In this document: positions 46,326-57,284 of the stretch, in pieces
Layout: each line of letters starts with the position of its first letter
Position numbering within the stretch: the stretch's first letter is position 1
NCBI GenBank assembly: GCA_963813535.1
Contig: CAWEZH010000002.1
Coordinates: forward strand, 768,001 to 832,000
Reading direction: 5' to 3'
Origin: an uncultured Chloroflexia bacterium
Lineage (GTDB): Bacteria > Chloroflexota > Limnocylindria > Limnocylindrales > CSP1-4
Length of the DNA stretch: 64,000 nucleotides
Position numbers and translations under genes: made by a program
Notes under the pieces: model-generated
Seen by the model: the letters and a program-made list of their open reading frames with translations, nothing else
What the model was told of the DNA's origin: nothing
Databases searched by the model: none

Positions 46326-47933
46326 TCAGGGCGGCGCACGCTCCGTCGGAGCGTGGCCGAGCTCGCGGAGCAGCTCCTCCGCGACCGAGCGCTCATCCCA
46401 CGGCCGCTCGCCGTCCGGTCCGATGATCGACCGTTCGTGGCCCTTGCCGGCGAGCAGGACGATGTCGCCGGGTCGCGCCGCCTCGAAGGCCGCGGCGATG
46501 GCGTCACGCCGATCGCCGATCAGCAGCAGGTCGTGTCCGCGCCGACGGCCGGCAGCCTCCGCGCCCCGCGCGATGTCGTCCAGGATCGCCGCACGATCCT
46601 CGCCGCGTGGGTCCTCGTCGGTCAGCACGACGAGCCGTGCCCGCTCTCCGGCGATGCGGCCCATCTGTGGCCGCTTGGCCGTGTCCCGCTCGCCGGCCGA
46701 GCCGAACACGGCGACCAACCCACCGCCGCGTGCGGCGGCTGCCGGTGCGAGCAGGTCGAGCACGGTCGTCAGCGACGCCGGGCTGTGGGCGAAGTCGACG
46801 ATCACGCCGAAGGGCTGGCCGAGCTCGATGCGTTCCATCCGGCCGGGCACCACCCCGAGACCGGCCAGTCCCGTGCGCACTCGCTCGGCATCCAGGCCGA
46901 GCGCCTCGCCGAGCGCGATCACGGCGAGCGCGTTGTGGACGTTGAACCGGCCGGCGAGCTGGAGGTCGATACGCGCCTCGCCGGACGGCGTCGCGATGTC
47001 GGCGTGGACGCCGCGGGCGTCCTCGGCGACGCGGGTGGCACGCACGTCCGCGGCTGGTTCCGTGCCGTAGGTGAGGACTCGGGCGCCGGCATCGCGAGCG
47101 GTCCCGATGAACAGCCCCGCGGACGGGTCGTCGAGGTTGACGATCGCGCTGGTCGGTACCGCCGCCGCCTTGTGCGCGGCGCGGCCCTGCCGCAACCGGT
47201 CGAACAGGGAGAGCTTCGCGTCGCGGTACGCCTCCCACGATCCGTGGAGCTCGAGGTGCTCGTGGGTGACGTTGGTGAGGATCGCGACGTCGTAGGCCAC
47301 GCTCGCGACGCGGTCGAGGGCAAGGCCATGGGAGGTGGTCTCGATGACCGCGGCCCGGTCGCCGGCGTCGGCCATCGCGCGGAGGGCGGCCTGGAGGTCC
47401 GGCGCCTCGGGTGTCGTGGCGTGTTCGGCATGGTCGTCGGTGCGGCCACCGATGCGCGTCGCGATCGTGCCGATCATCCCGGTTCGCACGCCGGCGGCCT
47501 CGAGCGCCGCGACGGCCAGGTAGGCGGTCGTCGTCTTGCCGTCCGTGCCGGTGATGCCGATGACCGTCAACGCGTGCGACGGATCGCCATACCACCACGC
47601 GGCGGCACTGGCCAGTGATGGACGCGCGGCATCCACCACGACCTGCACGGCGGCGACCCCGGCGAGCGGTTCCTCGACGATCACACCCGCCGCCCCCGCC
47701 TCGATCGCCGCCGGGACGAAGTCGTACCCGTCGACCCGCAGGCCCGGCACGGCCACGAACAGCATCCCAGGCCGAACCGCACGCGAGTCGTGGGTGACCC
47801 CGGTCACCTCGACCGTCGCGACCTCCGCGTACGGCACGGGCCGGCCGGCCATGCGAGTCCCGCGCAGCCTCCCCTCCGCCGCGAGCCGGTCGACGAGGCC
47901 CCCGAGTGGTCGGGTGGCCGGCACCGCGCTCAT
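46326..47933 (-). CDS. murE: UDP-MurNAc-tripeptide synthetase MurE
   Basis: HDSRAV, GITGTDGKTT, TTPEA, ETTSHGL, TNVTHEHL, GRFNVHN, PGRME, VDFAHSP, DEDPR, AGKGHE. Confidence 0.93.
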   Translation of the reverse strand: MSAVPATRPLGGLVDRLAAEGRLRGTRMAGRPVPYAEVATVEVTGVTHDSRAVRPGMLFVAVPGLRVDGYDFVPAAIEAGAAGVIVEEPLAGVAAVQVVVDAARPSLASAAAWWYGDPSHALTVIGITGTDGKTTTAYLAVAALEAAGVRTGMIGTIATRIGGRTDDHAEHATTPEAPDLQAALRAMADAGDRAAVIETTSHGLALDRVASVAYDVAILTNVTHEHLELHGSWEAYRDAKLSLFDRLRQGRAAHKAAAVPTSAIVNLDDPSAGLFIGTARDAGARVLTYGTEPAADVRATRVAEDARGVHADIATPSGEARIDLQLAGRFNVHNALAVIALGEALGLDAERVRTGLAGLGVVPGRMERIELGQPFGVIVDFAHSPASLTTVLDLLAPAAAARGGGLVAVFGSAGERDTAKRPQMGRIAGERARLVVLTDEDPRGEDRAAILDDIARGAEAAGRRRGHDLLLIGDRRDAIAAAFEAARPGDIVLLAGKGHERSIIGPDGERPWDERSVAEELLRELGHAPTERAPP

Positions 47934-49054
47934 CGACCCACGACCCGCTCCACTCGAGCCGCGACCCGGCCGATCGCGTAGCGCGACGGGCGCATCACGC
48001 GCTCGTGGGCGCCGGTCATCGCCAGCCAGCTCGCACCGAACGACCGCTTGTGCTCGTACAGGCCGGCCATCGGGTCGCCCTTGCCGGGCTCTCGGTGGCG
48101 CGGACCCGTATCGACGCCGCCCAGGTCCATCTCGTCGGCGCCCTCACGGATGGCCAGCTGGATCGCACGCCAGCGGAGCAGGTGCATGACCCCCGGATGG
48201 GACTTCCGTGTGCCGGGAGCGTCCGCCGAGTGGACGGTCGAGAGGCGGTTGCCATGGCGATACAGGATCAGACCGCCCAGTGAATGGCCCCGCTCGGCCG
48301 CGTCACGCGCATCGAGGTAGACGAGCATGCCCGCGTCGAGGGCTGCCGCCCACCAGTCGAGGAAGACCTGGCGGGGACCGAACCGGAAACCGCGGCGCTC
48401 ACCCGTCCCCTCGAGGAGCGTCGCGAAGGCTCCGACGGCCTCCTCCGGCGGACTCGAGGGCGGATCGAAGAGTCCCTCGACGTCCTCCCAGCCGGCCCGA
48501 TCATGCCGCTCGACGATGACGCCGTCGCGTTCTGCGCCGGCGACGCGCTGCCGGGTGCTCTTGGTGAACGCCGCCCGCACCGCCGCATCGTCGGTGTCCC
48601 GCGCGAGGGCAAGGCTGACCCGGTGCCGCGAGGGTTGGATCTCGGGGATGGGGTCGAAGCCGGCCTGGCGCAGGGCCGCTCCGTAGGCCGTATCGGTGGC
48701 GGGCACCTCCGCGTCGGTCGCCACGACCACCACGCCCCGCTCGACCAGCCAGTTCGCGAGCGCCGCCATCCGCCGGGCGGCCGCCCCCCCGCCGTCCCCG
48801 GCGCGGGTCGGATCGACGACCGGTCCGCGCGGGACATAGGCGCTCTCGCCGCCGACGATCGGGAACGGGCGCAGCAGGACGAGCGCGGGATGGTCGTCGT
48901 CGAGGAGCACGAACAGCGGCCGCCACCCAAGGCGCGAGCGTTGCTCGGCCCAGACGGTCGACTGGTAGACATGCCCGCCGGCGGACCGCACGGCACGGCC
49001 ATCCCAGCCGACGAGCTCCTCGGTGGTCGCCTCTCGCGGCAAGCCAGCGGTCAA
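47930..49054 (-). CDS. FemABX-family peptidoglycan interpeptide-bridge aminoacyltransferase (2)
   Basis: YQSTVW, YVPRGPV, EIQP, KSTRQRV..AERDGV, HLLRWRAIQ, MDLGG, GLYEHKRSFG. TTG overlaps the upstream stop. Confidence 0.82.
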   Translation of the reverse strand: MTAGLPREATTEELVGWDGRAVRSAGGHVYQSTVWAEQRSRLGWRPLFVLLDDDHPALVLLRPFPIVGGESAYVPRGPVVDPTRAGDGGGAAARRMAALANWLVERGVVVVATDAEVPATDTAYGAALRQAGFDPIPEIQPSRHRVSLALARDTDDAAVRAAFTKSTRQRVAGAERDGVIVERHDRAGWEDVEGLFDPPSSPPEEAVGAFATLLEGTGERRGFRFGPRQVFLDWWAAALDAGMLVYLDARDAAERGHSLGGLILYRHGNRLSTVHSADAPGTRKSHPGVMHLLRWRAIQLAIREGADEMDLGGVDTGPRHREPGKGDPMAGLYEHKRSFGASWLAMTGAHERVMRPSRYAIGRVAARVERVVGR

Positions 49055-50109
49055 TCCGCCCCCTCCCCCGTGAAGGCCGCGGCGCTCGTGCGGCCCTGCA
49101 AGCCGTGGCGCCGGCGCGCCCACCACGTCCGTGCCGTAACGGCCGTGTCGTAGACGCGCTTGCCCATCGCGTCGAGGACGAGGTCCCATGCGCCGATGTA
49201 GCGCACCTCCCGGCCACCGAACCCGGTCTTGAAATGGGCGATCCCGCCGGTCGCCAGACCCCACAGGTCGTACGTCTCGGCGCCGGCCTCACGCGACGAG
49301 CGGATGGCTTCCCACTTCAGGAGGTAGTTGGCCCGGCTGTCGGCGCCGGCCTGGGTCATGCCGCCGTACGGCTCGACGACTCGACGACCGGAGCGCACGA
49401 GGAAGAGCGTCGCGAGGGGTTCGCCGCTGGTCGACTGGGCGAACAGGAGACGTGCTCGACCGGACGGCCGGAAGGCGTCCCAGACGTCGCGATACGCCGC
49501 CTCGGTGCGGATGAGGAAGCCCGCGCGCTGGGCCGTGTCCTGGTAGATCCGGTAGAACTCGCCCAGCCGGTCCCCATCGGCATCGACCACGACTACGCCG
49601 GCGGAGCGCGCCTTGTTGACGTACTGGCGCCACTTCTTGCGGAGGTCGCCCCACAACGTCTCCTCGTCGGCGCGCAGGTCGATGATGCGGGTGGACGATG
49701 GCTGGATCGGCGGGGCCGGGCGCCAGCCGTTCGCGCTGAGCGCGCGGCGTGTCGCACCGTCCGGGTCGTGCGGCCCGTCGGCCTCGACCTCGGGGTCGAT
49801 GCGCAGGTGCGACACCCGTCCGGCCACGGCCCCGAGCCCATCGCGCGCGCCGGCGGTGAGTGCGCCCAGGTCATCCGCCGTCCAGTCGCCGCCGAGCGGT
49901 CCACGGGGCGCGTAGGCGAAGCCCCACGGCAACGGCCGGGGACGGCGGACGAGGATCTGTGCACCGACCCGGTCCGCGGCAAGCAAACGGTGTGCCGACC
50001 AGCCGTTCACGGCCTTGACGCGCGCCCACCCGCTCAGCTGGAGGTAGGACCCCGGGTCACTGGCGTCGACGAGGGCGTCCCAGGCGTCCGCGTCGATCGG
50101 GGCGGTCAC
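49051..50109 (-). CDS. FemABX-family peptidoglycan interpeptide-bridge aminoacyltransferase (1)
   Basis: LQLSGWARVK..NGW, AYAPRGP, LRIDP, IQP..T.IIDL, KKWRQYV, YGG, NYLLKWEAI, YDLWG, FKTGFGG...YIGAWD. Confidence 0.87.
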   Translation of the reverse strand: MTAPIDADAWDALVDASDPGSYLQLSGWARVKAVNGWSAHRLLAADRVGAQILVRRPRPLPWGFAYAPRGPLGGDWTADDLGALTAGARDGLGAVAGRVSHLRIDPEVEADGPHDPDGATRRALSANGWRPAPPIQPSSTRIIDLRADEETLWGDLRKKWRQYVNKARSAGVVVVDADGDRLGEFYRIYQDTAQRAGFLIRTEAAYRDVWDAFRPSGRARLLFAQSTSGEPLATLFLVRSGRRVVEPYGGMTQAGADSRANYLLKWEAIRSSREAGAETYDLWGLATGGIAHFKTGFGGREVRYIGAWDLVLDAMGKRVYDTAVTARTWWARRRHGLQGRTSAAAFTGEGAD

Positions 50110-51689
50110 GCCGGGCTGGGTCGGCGGATGGCGTCGACCATGATCCCGACGATAGAGCGCAGTTCCCCGATCCGCAAGGCGAGGGCGGAGGCGACGAACA
50201 TCGCGCCGAAGGCGATCGACACGAGGACGATGACCGCGACCATCCCCGGGATCTCGGTACGACCCAGGGCCGCCGGATCCGGCGCGAGCGCGGGTCCGAC
50301 GAGCAGGTGGGTCACACCGCCGACCAGAGCCGCCAGCGCCGTGGCCACGAGCGTGCGTGTCGCCACGGACGCGACCGCCCCAAGCCCGAGCGAGCCCTCG
50401 CGTCGTCGGAGCAGCACGGTCAAGGCGCCTGCCTCGAGCCAGGCCGCGATGGCGATGGCCAGCGCGATGCCCGGCAGCCCGAGCGAGCCGACGAGGATCG
50501 TCGCGAACGTCGTGTTCACGATCACGGCACCGATCGCCACCACCACCGGCGTGACCGTGTCCTGCCGGGCATAGAACGCGCGGGCCAGGACGGCGATCAG
50601 GGCATGCGCCGGGGCACCGAGGAGGAACACGAGGAACGTATCGGCGATGAGGTGGATGGCGTCCGGCGTGAAGCTTCCGAACAGCAGCGCCACGACTTCC
50701 ACCCGAAGGATGGCGGCAAGCGCGGCGACCGGGATCATCACGACGGCAAGGAAGCGCATCGCCCGGTTGAGCAATCCGATGAACTCCTCCTCGTCGCCGA
50801 TCGCCGCGCCGCGTGACAACGAGGGGAAGAGCACGACACCGAGTGGCACGCCGATGACGCCGATCGGGATCTGGAGGAGCGTGAAGGCGATGGTGAATGC
50901 GGTCACGGCGCCGAGACCCAGGTTCGTCGCGAGTGCGGTGACGACCACGAACGTGATCTGGCTCGCGCCGAGACCGATGGCGCGAGGCGCCATCAGGGTG
51001 AGTGCCTTGCGCGCGGCCGGGTCCCCCAATTCGATACGCGGCGTGTAACGGAAGCCGAGCCGCTGCAGCGGACGGATCTGGACCAGCACGTGTCCGAGCG
51101 AGCCGGCGACGACGCCGATCGCCAGCCCGACCGCCCCCATCGATGGTGTCAGCAGCAGCGCCGCACCGATGATCGCCAGGTTGTAGACGATGGGCGCCAC
51201 GGCTGCCGCGGCGAAGCGACCCTGGGTGTTGAGCACGCTCGTGGCCACCGCTCCGAGCGCGAGGAAGATCGGGCTGAGGACCATGATCCGCGTGAGCTCG
51301 ATGGTCCGGGCCATGGTGACCGGGTCGAAACCCGACGTGTACAACGGCACGAGCCGGTCGGCGAAGATGAAGACGAACCCGGCCAGGATCAACAGCGCGA
51401 TGAGCATGAGGTTGGTGACCGTCGACACGACGCGCCACGCGCGTTCCGTGCCGTCCGAGGTGATCACGCTCGCGAGGACGGGGATCAGCGCCGAGGAGAG
51501 GGCCCCCGCCGCGACCAGCTGGAAGAGCAGATCGGGGATGCGGAACGCGGCGAAGAAGGCGTCGAGCTCACTCGGGTCGGGCAGGGCATTCGCGATGACG
51601 ACGAGCCGCAACCAGCCCAGCAGCCGGGATACCAGGAACGCCCCAGAGACGATCAGGCCGGCCCTCGCCAGCGTGGTGGCCGCGGTCAC
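50106..51689 (-). CDS. murJ: Lipid II flippase MurJ (MviN)
   Basis: [51 protein letters not shown]. Confidence 0.95.
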   Translation of the reverse strand: MTAATTLARAGLIVSGAFLVSRLLGWLRLVVIANALPDPSELDAFFAAFRIPDLLFQLVAAGALSSALIPVLASVITSDGTERAWRVVSTVTNLMLIALLILAGFVFIFADRLVPLYTSGFDPVTMARTIELTRIMVLSPIFLALGAVATSVLNTQGRFAAAAVAPIVYNLAIIGAALLLTPSMGAVGLAIGVVAGSLGHVLVQIRPLQRLGFRYTPRIELGDPAARKALTLMAPRAIGLGASQITFVVVTALATNLGLGAVTAFTIAFTLLQIPIGVIGVPLGVVLFPSLSRGAAIGDEEEFIGLLNRAMRFLAVVMIPVAALAAILRVEVVALLFGSFTPDAIHLIADTFLVFLLGAPAHALIAVLARAFYARQDTVTPVVVAIGAVIVNTTFATILVGSLGLPGIALAIAIAAWLEAGALTVLLRRREGSLGLGAVASVATRTLVATALAALVGGVTHLLVGPALAPDPAALGRTEIPGMVAVIVLVSIAFGAMFVASALALRIGELRSIVGIMVDAIRRPSPA

Positions 51690-52669
51690 GCGGAGCCGGT
51701 CCGCCGTGCGCGCGGGTGGGCGTCTCGATACGCGGCCGCCAGGCGGCCCGGCGACACGTGCGTGTACACCTGGGTCGTGGCGAGGTTCTCGTGACCGAGC
51801 AACTCCTGCACGACGCGCAGGTCAGCGCCACCATCGAGGAGATGCGTGGCGAACGAGTGGCGCAGGGTGTGCGGAGACACGCCTTCCGGCAGCCCTGCCG
51901 CCCGACACAGCCGGTCGAGCCGGTAGCGCAGACCACGGACACCAAGTGCCCCGCCCGCATGGTTCAGGAAGACGACCGTCGGTGCCGGCCCGGCGGTCGT
52001 CCGCCGCTCCGCGAGCAGCGGGCGGCCGTGGTCCAGGTACACGCCCAGCGCCGCGATGGCTGGCCGCCCAAGGAGCCCGATCCGTTCCTTGCGGCCCTTG
52101 CCGATCACGCGGATCTCGCCGCGTCGCAGATCGACCGAGCCAAGCTCGGCACTTGCCAGCTCGCTGATCCGTAGCCCGGCGGCGTACGCGACCTCGACGA
52201 GGGCGCGGTCGCGGAGCGCAAGGGCCGTCGCGAGGGTGGTCCGATCCGGCCGGACCGCATCGGCGGCGTCGAGCTCGCCCTCGATCACGGCCAGGAGCCG
52301 GCCGACCTCGTCCACCTCGAGGACGCGCGGCAGCCGGCGGGGCAGGCGCGGTGTCGCGATGGCGCCCCATGGGTCGCCCGTCGCGATGCCCTCACGGGCG
52401 GCCCAGCGGTGGAACGAGCGGATCGCCGCAAGGCGCTGCGCCACGGTCGAGCGCGACGTCTCCGCCCCGAGCCGGGCAAGGTAGCCGCGGAGCTGATGGC
52501 GGGCGGGTCGGGTCCAATCGACACCCTGGTCGGCCAGCCAGTGGAGGTAGGCACCGACCGCCGTCCGATAGGCGCGGATCGTGTGCGGTGAGGCGTCACG
52601 TGCCTCGAGCGAGCGCAGGAAGCGCTGCAGGGTCGGATCGGTCGGGATGTGGTCCGCGACCGCGCTCAC
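51686..52669 (-). CDS. xerC: Tyrosine recombinase XerC
   Basis: [67 protein letters not shown]; follows topA. Confidence 0.87.
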   Translation of the reverse strand: MSAVADHIPTDPTLQRFLRSLEARDASPHTIRAYRTAVGAYLHWLADQGVDWTRPARHQLRGYLARLGAETSRSTVAQRLAAIRSFHRWAAREGIATGDPWGAIATPRLPRRLPRVLEVDEVGRLLAVIEGELDAADAVRPDRTTLATALALRDRALVEVAYAAGLRISELASAELGSVDLRRGEIRVIGKGRKERIGLLGRPAIAALGVYLDHGRPLLAERRTTAGPAPTVVFLNHAGGALGVRGLRYRLDRLCRAAGLPEGVSPHTLRHSFATHLLDGGADLRVVQELLGHENLATTQVYTHVSPGRLAAAYRDAHPRARRTGSA

Positions 52670-55077
52670 GCCTCGGGGGCCGGCTCGGTCGATCGCTTCG
52701 TGCCGTTGGAGCGCGGCGAACCACGTCGCCGCCCAGCTGCGCCGCCGCGCGCGCCGCCGCGGGCAGGGCGAGCAAGAGCCTCTGGGTCGGGCGGCCCGCC
52801 CGGATAGCGCTGACCGGGGACGACGGCGTCGGGTGTCACGTCGCTGGTCGAGCCACACACCAGGCAGATGGCCGCCTCGCCCTTGCGCGCCAGGGGTCCG
52901 TCGTCGGTCTCGTGGAGCCCGCCGAGGGGCTCGTTGTTCGTCGTGAAATCGCACTTCGGATAGTTCGAGCACCCCCAGAAGACGTTTCCGGTCCGTCGTG
53001 CGCGACGCGGGACCAGGTGGCCGTCCTTGTTCTTCGGGCAGGTGACCTCGAAGGGCAGCGGGTCGGGCGGTGGCGGACCCTCACGCTTGATGTAGTCGCA
53101 GTCCGGGTAGCGCGAGCAGCCGAGGAACGGGCCGAAGCGACCCTGCCGTCCGACGAGGGTCCCCTCCCCGCACTTCGGGCAGACCTCGCCGGCGCCCTCC
53201 TGGGGCGGTGGCTCATCCCCGGGCAGCGGCCGCGTCTCCTTGTGCTCCGGGTACATCGAGCACGCCAGGAACCGACCGTTGCGCCCGAGGCGGATGACCA
53301 TCGGATGGCCTTCCGAGCACACCTCGTCGGTCGCCTCGGTGGTGAAGTCGCTCCGGCGCAGCTCGCGGCGCTTCTCGGCGACGCGATCGCGCAGTGGCGC
53401 ATAGAACGCCTCGAGGAGGGGGATCCACGCTCGCTCGCCACGCGCGATCTCGTCGAGCTCCTCCTCCATCCGTGCGGTGAACGCGAGATCGACGTAGTCG
53501 CCGAAGTGCTCGACGAGCAGGTCCGTGACGATCCCGGCGACCGGCTCGGGGTGCAGCCGGCGCTCCTCCACGCGGACATAGCCGCGATCGATGATGGTCG
53601 AGATCGTCGCGGCGTAGGTCGAGGGACGGCCGATGCCGTGCTCTTCGAGTGCCTTGATCAGCGTCGCCTCGGTGAAGCGCGGCGGCGGCTCCGTGAAGTG
53701 CTGGGTCGGTGTCACGTCGCGGACGTCGGTGCGCTCGCCCTCGGCGAGGGTCGGGAGACGTCGTGCGTTCTCCTCTTCCTCGGCGGCCTCGTCGTCGCGG
53801 CCCTCCGTGTAGACCCGGGCGAAGCCCTCGAACAGCGTCCGCGTGGATGTCGCGCGAAGCTCGTACGGGCCATCGAACAGCTCGACGGTGGTGGTCTCGA
53901 GCTCCTTGGGCGCCATCTGCGACGCCAGCGCCCGCTGCCAGATCAGGCGATACAGCCGGAGCTCCTCGGGCTTGAGCATGTCCTCGAGCGAATCCGGATC
54001 GCGCCGGAAGCTGGTCGGTCGGATCGACTCGTGGGCCTCCTGGGCGCCCTTCGATGTCGTCTTGTAGACCCGGCCCTTGGGCATCGTGAATGGCTCGCCG
54101 TAGCGCTCGCCGATGACCTCGAGCGCCTCGGTCATCGCCACGCCGGCCATCGACGTCGAGTCGGTCCGCATGTAGGTGATCAGTCCGACGTGGCCGTCCG
54201 GCGTGTCGACGCCCTCGTACAGGCGCTGGGCGATCGACATCGTCCGTTTCGGGCTGAACGACAGCTTCCGGCTCGCCTCCTGCTGGAGGGTCGACGTCGT
54301 GAACGGCGGCGCCGGCGAGCGCTTCTGCGTCCGGACGCCGATCTTGCGGACGACCGGGTGCGCCTCGCGGAGGGCGTTGACATGACGTTCCGTCGTGGCC
54401 TCGTCGGGCAGGTCGAGCGCTTCACCATCGATACGTACGAGCTCCGCCGCGAACGTGTCGCCGGCCTGCGTCGCGAGGATCGCCTCGATCGTCCAGTACT
54501 CGCGAGCCGTGAAGGCATCGATCTCGCGTTCTCGTTCGACCACCAGGCGAACGGCCACCGACTGGACGCGGCCGGCCGACAGGCCACCGCGGACCTTGCG
54601 CGACAGCAGCGGGCTGAGGGTGTAGCCGACGAGCCGGTCGACGATGCGGCGGGTCTGTTGCGCATCGACGAGATTGCGGTCGATGTCGCGCGGGTTGGCG
54701 AACGCCTCGCGGATCGCCGGTTCGGTGATCTCGCTGAACGTGACCCGGCGCGTCTTCTCCGACGGCACGTGGGCCGCCTCGGCGACGTGCCAGGCGATGG
54801 CTTCGCCCTCGCGGTCGAGGTCGGTCGCCAGATAGACGAGATCGGACCCCTTGGCCGCCTTGGCGATGTCGCTGACCTGCTTGCGGCGGTCCTCGTTGAT
54901 CACGTATTCGGGGGTGAATCCGTTGTCGACGTCGACGCCGAACTTGCCCTTCCCGGGGTTCTCGGGCAGGTCCCGGACGTGGCCGTAGGAGGCGAGGACC
55001 CGATAGTCGTCGCCCAAATATCGCTCGATCGTCCGCGCCTTGGCAGGCGACTCGACGATCACGAGGTTCTTTGACAC
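52666..55077 (-). CDS. topA: DNA topoisomerase I with C-terminal zinc ribbons
   Basis: [53 protein letters not shown], several Cys-containing zinc-ribbon repeats. Confidence 0.97.
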   Translation of the reverse strand: MSKNLVIVESPAKARTIERYLGDDYRVLASYGHVRDLPENPGKGKFGVDVDNGFTPEYVINEDRRKQVSDIAKAAKGSDLVYLATDLDREGEAIAWHVAEAAHVPSEKTRRVTFSEITEPAIREAFANPRDIDRNLVDAQQTRRIVDRLVGYTLSPLLSRKVRGGLSAGRVQSVAVRLVVEREREIDAFTAREYWTIEAILATQAGDTFAAELVRIDGEALDLPDEATTERHVNALREAHPVVRKIGVRTQKRSPAPPFTTSTLQQEASRKLSFSPKRTMSIAQRLYEGVDTPDGHVGLITYMRTDSTSMAGVAMTEALEVIGERYGEPFTMPKGRVYKTTSKGAQEAHESIRPTSFRRDPDSLEDMLKPEELRLYRLIWQRALASQMAPKELETTTVELFDGPYELRATSTRTLFEGFARVYTEGRDDEAAEEEENARRLPTLAEGERTDVRDVTPTQHFTEPPPRFTEATLIKALEEHGIGRPSTYAATISTIIDRGYVRVEERRLHPEPVAGIVTDLLVEHFGDYVDLAFTARMEEELDEIARGERAWIPLLEAFYAPLRDRVAEKRRELRRSDFTTEATDEVCSEGHPMVIRLGRNGRFLACSMYPEHKETRPLPGDEPPPQEGAGEVCPKCGEGTLVGRQGRFGPFLGCSRYPDCDYIKREGPPPPDPLPFEVTCPKNKDGHLVPRRARRTGNVFWGCSNYPKCDFTTNNEPLGGLHETDDGPLARKGEAAICLVCGSTSDVTPDAVVPGQRYPGGPPDPEALARPARGGARGGAAGRRRGSPRSNGTKRSTEPAPEA

Positions 55078-55147
55078 GGCCGGGAGTGTAGCACCGGGTC
55101 CTTCGCTCACCATTCGTGCGTCGAGCGATGGACCGATGTCGCTGGAT

Positions 55148-55165
55148 CGGCTCCGTACGGAGCCG
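55148..55165. terminator. Perfect 18-bp palindrome immediately after the stop of 55166..55507
   Basis: CGGCTCCGTACGGAGCCG equals its own reverse complement. Confidence 0.45.
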
Positions 55166-55507
55166 TCAGACCTCGCGGATGCGACGCAGGAAGTCCTCGT
55201 CGATCTCGAGGTCGGCCTCGACCGGCTCGGTGTCGGCCTGCAGGGCCACGCCCGCCGCCACCGTCTCCGGCGCGTCATCGCCCAGGAGGGCGCTCAACGC
55301 CGCCTGCGGCGGGATCTCGACGAATGACACCCGGTGGTACGGGAACACGAAGATCGACTTCATGTCGTCGGCGAAGAGCGGCCGTTTGCCGTCGAGCGAG
55401 CGCAGGTTGGTCAAACGGATCGTGGTGTCGGTCGGGCTCGGCAGCTCGAAGATATCAGCGACGAGCGGCTGCTCGTTGTGCAGGTGCAGCACGGCGTTGC
55501 GGAGCAT
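55166..55507 (-). CDS. Hypothetical protein, beta-rich (possible Sm/SH3-like barrel) with acidic tail
   Basis: Typical codon bias; leaderless-type CACGAT 6 nt before ATG; sequence VLHLHNEQPLVADI.ELPSPTD...DGK...FVFPYHRVSFVEI. Confidence 0.75.
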   Translation of the reverse strand: MLRNAVLHLHNEQPLVADIFELPSPTDTTIRLTNLRSLDGKRPLFADDMKSIFVFPYHRVSFVEIPPQAALSALLGDDAPETVAAGVALQADTEPVEADLEIDEDFLRRIREV

Positions 55508-55558
55508 GGACCCATCGTGCCCCTCAGTGGTCCCGTCCGGACTGGCCCGATGGTCCCC

Positions 55559-57196
55559 CTAGGGGTGGTAGAAGTCGACGACCAGCCGCACGCGACCGCC
55601 CGACACCCACACGCCGATGCCGACGCGGTCGTAGGCGGAGTTCATGAGGTTCACGTAGTGGCCGCCGTCGGGGCTCCAGGCACGCTCGCTCTGGAAGAAG
55701 CGATGGCTGCCGAGCACCGCGCTGAACGGGTTGCCGGAGCGGCAGCCGAGGTTCTCCGCCCAGCGATAGCTGCTGTACCCCGCGCGGCGAAGCCGATCGC
55801 CGGGGTTGCCGCCGCTGAAGTGGGTGCACATGTTGTTGACGGCCAGCTTCCTGGCATACGGGCGAGAGACCTTGCTGCTGATCCCGGCGTCGAACCGGAG
55901 TGGTGCGACGCTGCGACCGCCGGGGCTGGTGCAATCGCCGCCCGTGTCCACCCAGCCGCCCGTTCGGGTGCAGTTCATGAGCCGCAGGTAGTACCGCTCG
56001 ACCGATGCCCAGCTCCCGCCTCCGACGGCGCCACCACCGCCACCGCCGCGGTTCGTCGTCGTCCTGGTCTGCGTGGCCTGCGTCGCGGGCGCCGGCTTCT
56101 TGGCCACCCGGAACGTCGCCTTGGTCGGGACGCCGAGCGGGACATCGTCCTTGCTCATCGCCGTCCCGGCGATCGTCGTGACGACCGACGCCCGATACGT
56201 CAGGTTCGACGACGGATCGAAGATCAGGACGGTGTCGTCCTCGGCGAAGCGGATCTTGCCCGGGACGCGCTTGCCGTCGGCGGTGATGCTGAACGCCGCC
56301 TTGGTGGACGCCCGGTCCATCGACTTGGTGAAGCGGACAGAGAACGTCGTGTCGCGGGCGACGTCGGTCGTCGCGGCGCGCGGTCGGAATCGGACGACGG
56401 ATGGCGCCGCAACGGTGCGCAACGCCATCGTGATCGGCTCGATCTCGACGCCCGCGACGTCACGCGCGCCCGAGACGGTGAGTCGGTACTTGGTGTCGGG
56501 CGTCAACGGCTGCGCCGGGATGAACGTGTAGGTCGAGGCACCGGTCGCCGCGGTCGTCCGCGTCAGGGCACCCGTCAGCGGCGGATCGACCTGGATCGAC
56601 TCGCCGACCGATGCGAGTTCGACGGCTTGGTCGAACGCGATCGTGAATGACGAATCGATCGTGGCGCGCTTCTCGATACGGCCGGTGAACCCGAGCTGGG
56701 CTGAGGCTGCGTCACGTGTCAGGAATGACGACCGTGCGGGGCGGGTCATCGGCCGGCCGGTCGTCGCGAGGGCCCCCGCGCCGACCGTGACGGTGTAGTA
56801 GGTGGACGGTGTCCAGTGCCCGGTCGGGACGATCGACACGCTCGTGTCGTCGGCGCTCCAATCGAGCTGGAACGGGATCGCCGGCTGGATCGCGATGGCC
56901 GACTCGACCAATTCGCGCTGCATCGGCGTGGTGAACAGGATGCTCGCCGGGGCGCGGAGGTCGATGTTCGTGGAGATGGGGATGCGGAACGCGGCCTGGG
57001 TCAGCGGGACGATGTCATTGACGGGTGATGCGTTGGTGAGCGTGGGCCGGGCGAGCGAGATCGCACCGACCGCCACGATCGCCCCCAGACCGATCGCGAC
57101 CCCACCGCGCACGAGCCTGGATCGACCGAGAGCCACCGACGCGTACACGCCGAGCAGCACGGGGACGGCCAGGATCGCGATGAACAGCTTCCGCAA
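55559..57196 (-). CDS. Membrane-anchored protein with three Ig-like (Big_5-type) domains and a C-terminal CAP/SCP domain
   Basis: N-terminal TMs; repeated F..PM/S.RF..SMD...F.P...L...T.Y.VT patterns; LMNCTR...H..GGNPGDRLRRAGY...AENLG...GHYVNLMN.AYDRVGIG. Confidence 0.82.
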   Translation of the reverse strand: MRKLFIAILAVPVLLGVYASVALGRSRLVRGGVAIGLGAIVAVGAISLARPTLTNASPVNDIVPLTQAAFRIPISTNIDLRAPASILFTTPMQRELVESAIAIQPAIPFQLDWSADDTSVSIVPTGHWTPSTYYTVTVGAGALATTGRPMTRPARSSFLTRDAASAQLGFTGRIEKRATIDSSFTIAFDQAVELASVGESIQVDPPLTGALTRTTAATGASTYTFIPAQPLTPDTKYRLTVSGARDVAGVEIEPITMALRTVAAPSVVRFRPRAATTDVARDTTFSVRFTKSMDRASTKAAFSITADGKRVPGKIRFAEDDTVLIFDPSSNLTYRASVVTTIAGTAMSKDDVPLGVPTKATFRVAKKPAPATQATQTRTTTNRGGGGGGAVGGGSWASVERYYLRLMNCTRTGGWVDTGGDCTSPGGRSVAPLRFDAGISSKVSRPYARKLAVNNMCTHFSGGNPGDRLRRAGYSSYRWAENLGCRSGNPFSAVLGSHRFFQSERAWSPDGGHYVNLMNSAYDRVGIGVWVSGGRVRLVVDFYHP

Positions 57197-57284
57197 TACA
57201 GGACCTGGCTAGCTGGATCGAGGGGGCGACGGGGGTGGGGGCCTCCGCATGGTCGCCCGCATCACGCTGGGGCGTGTGCGCCGG

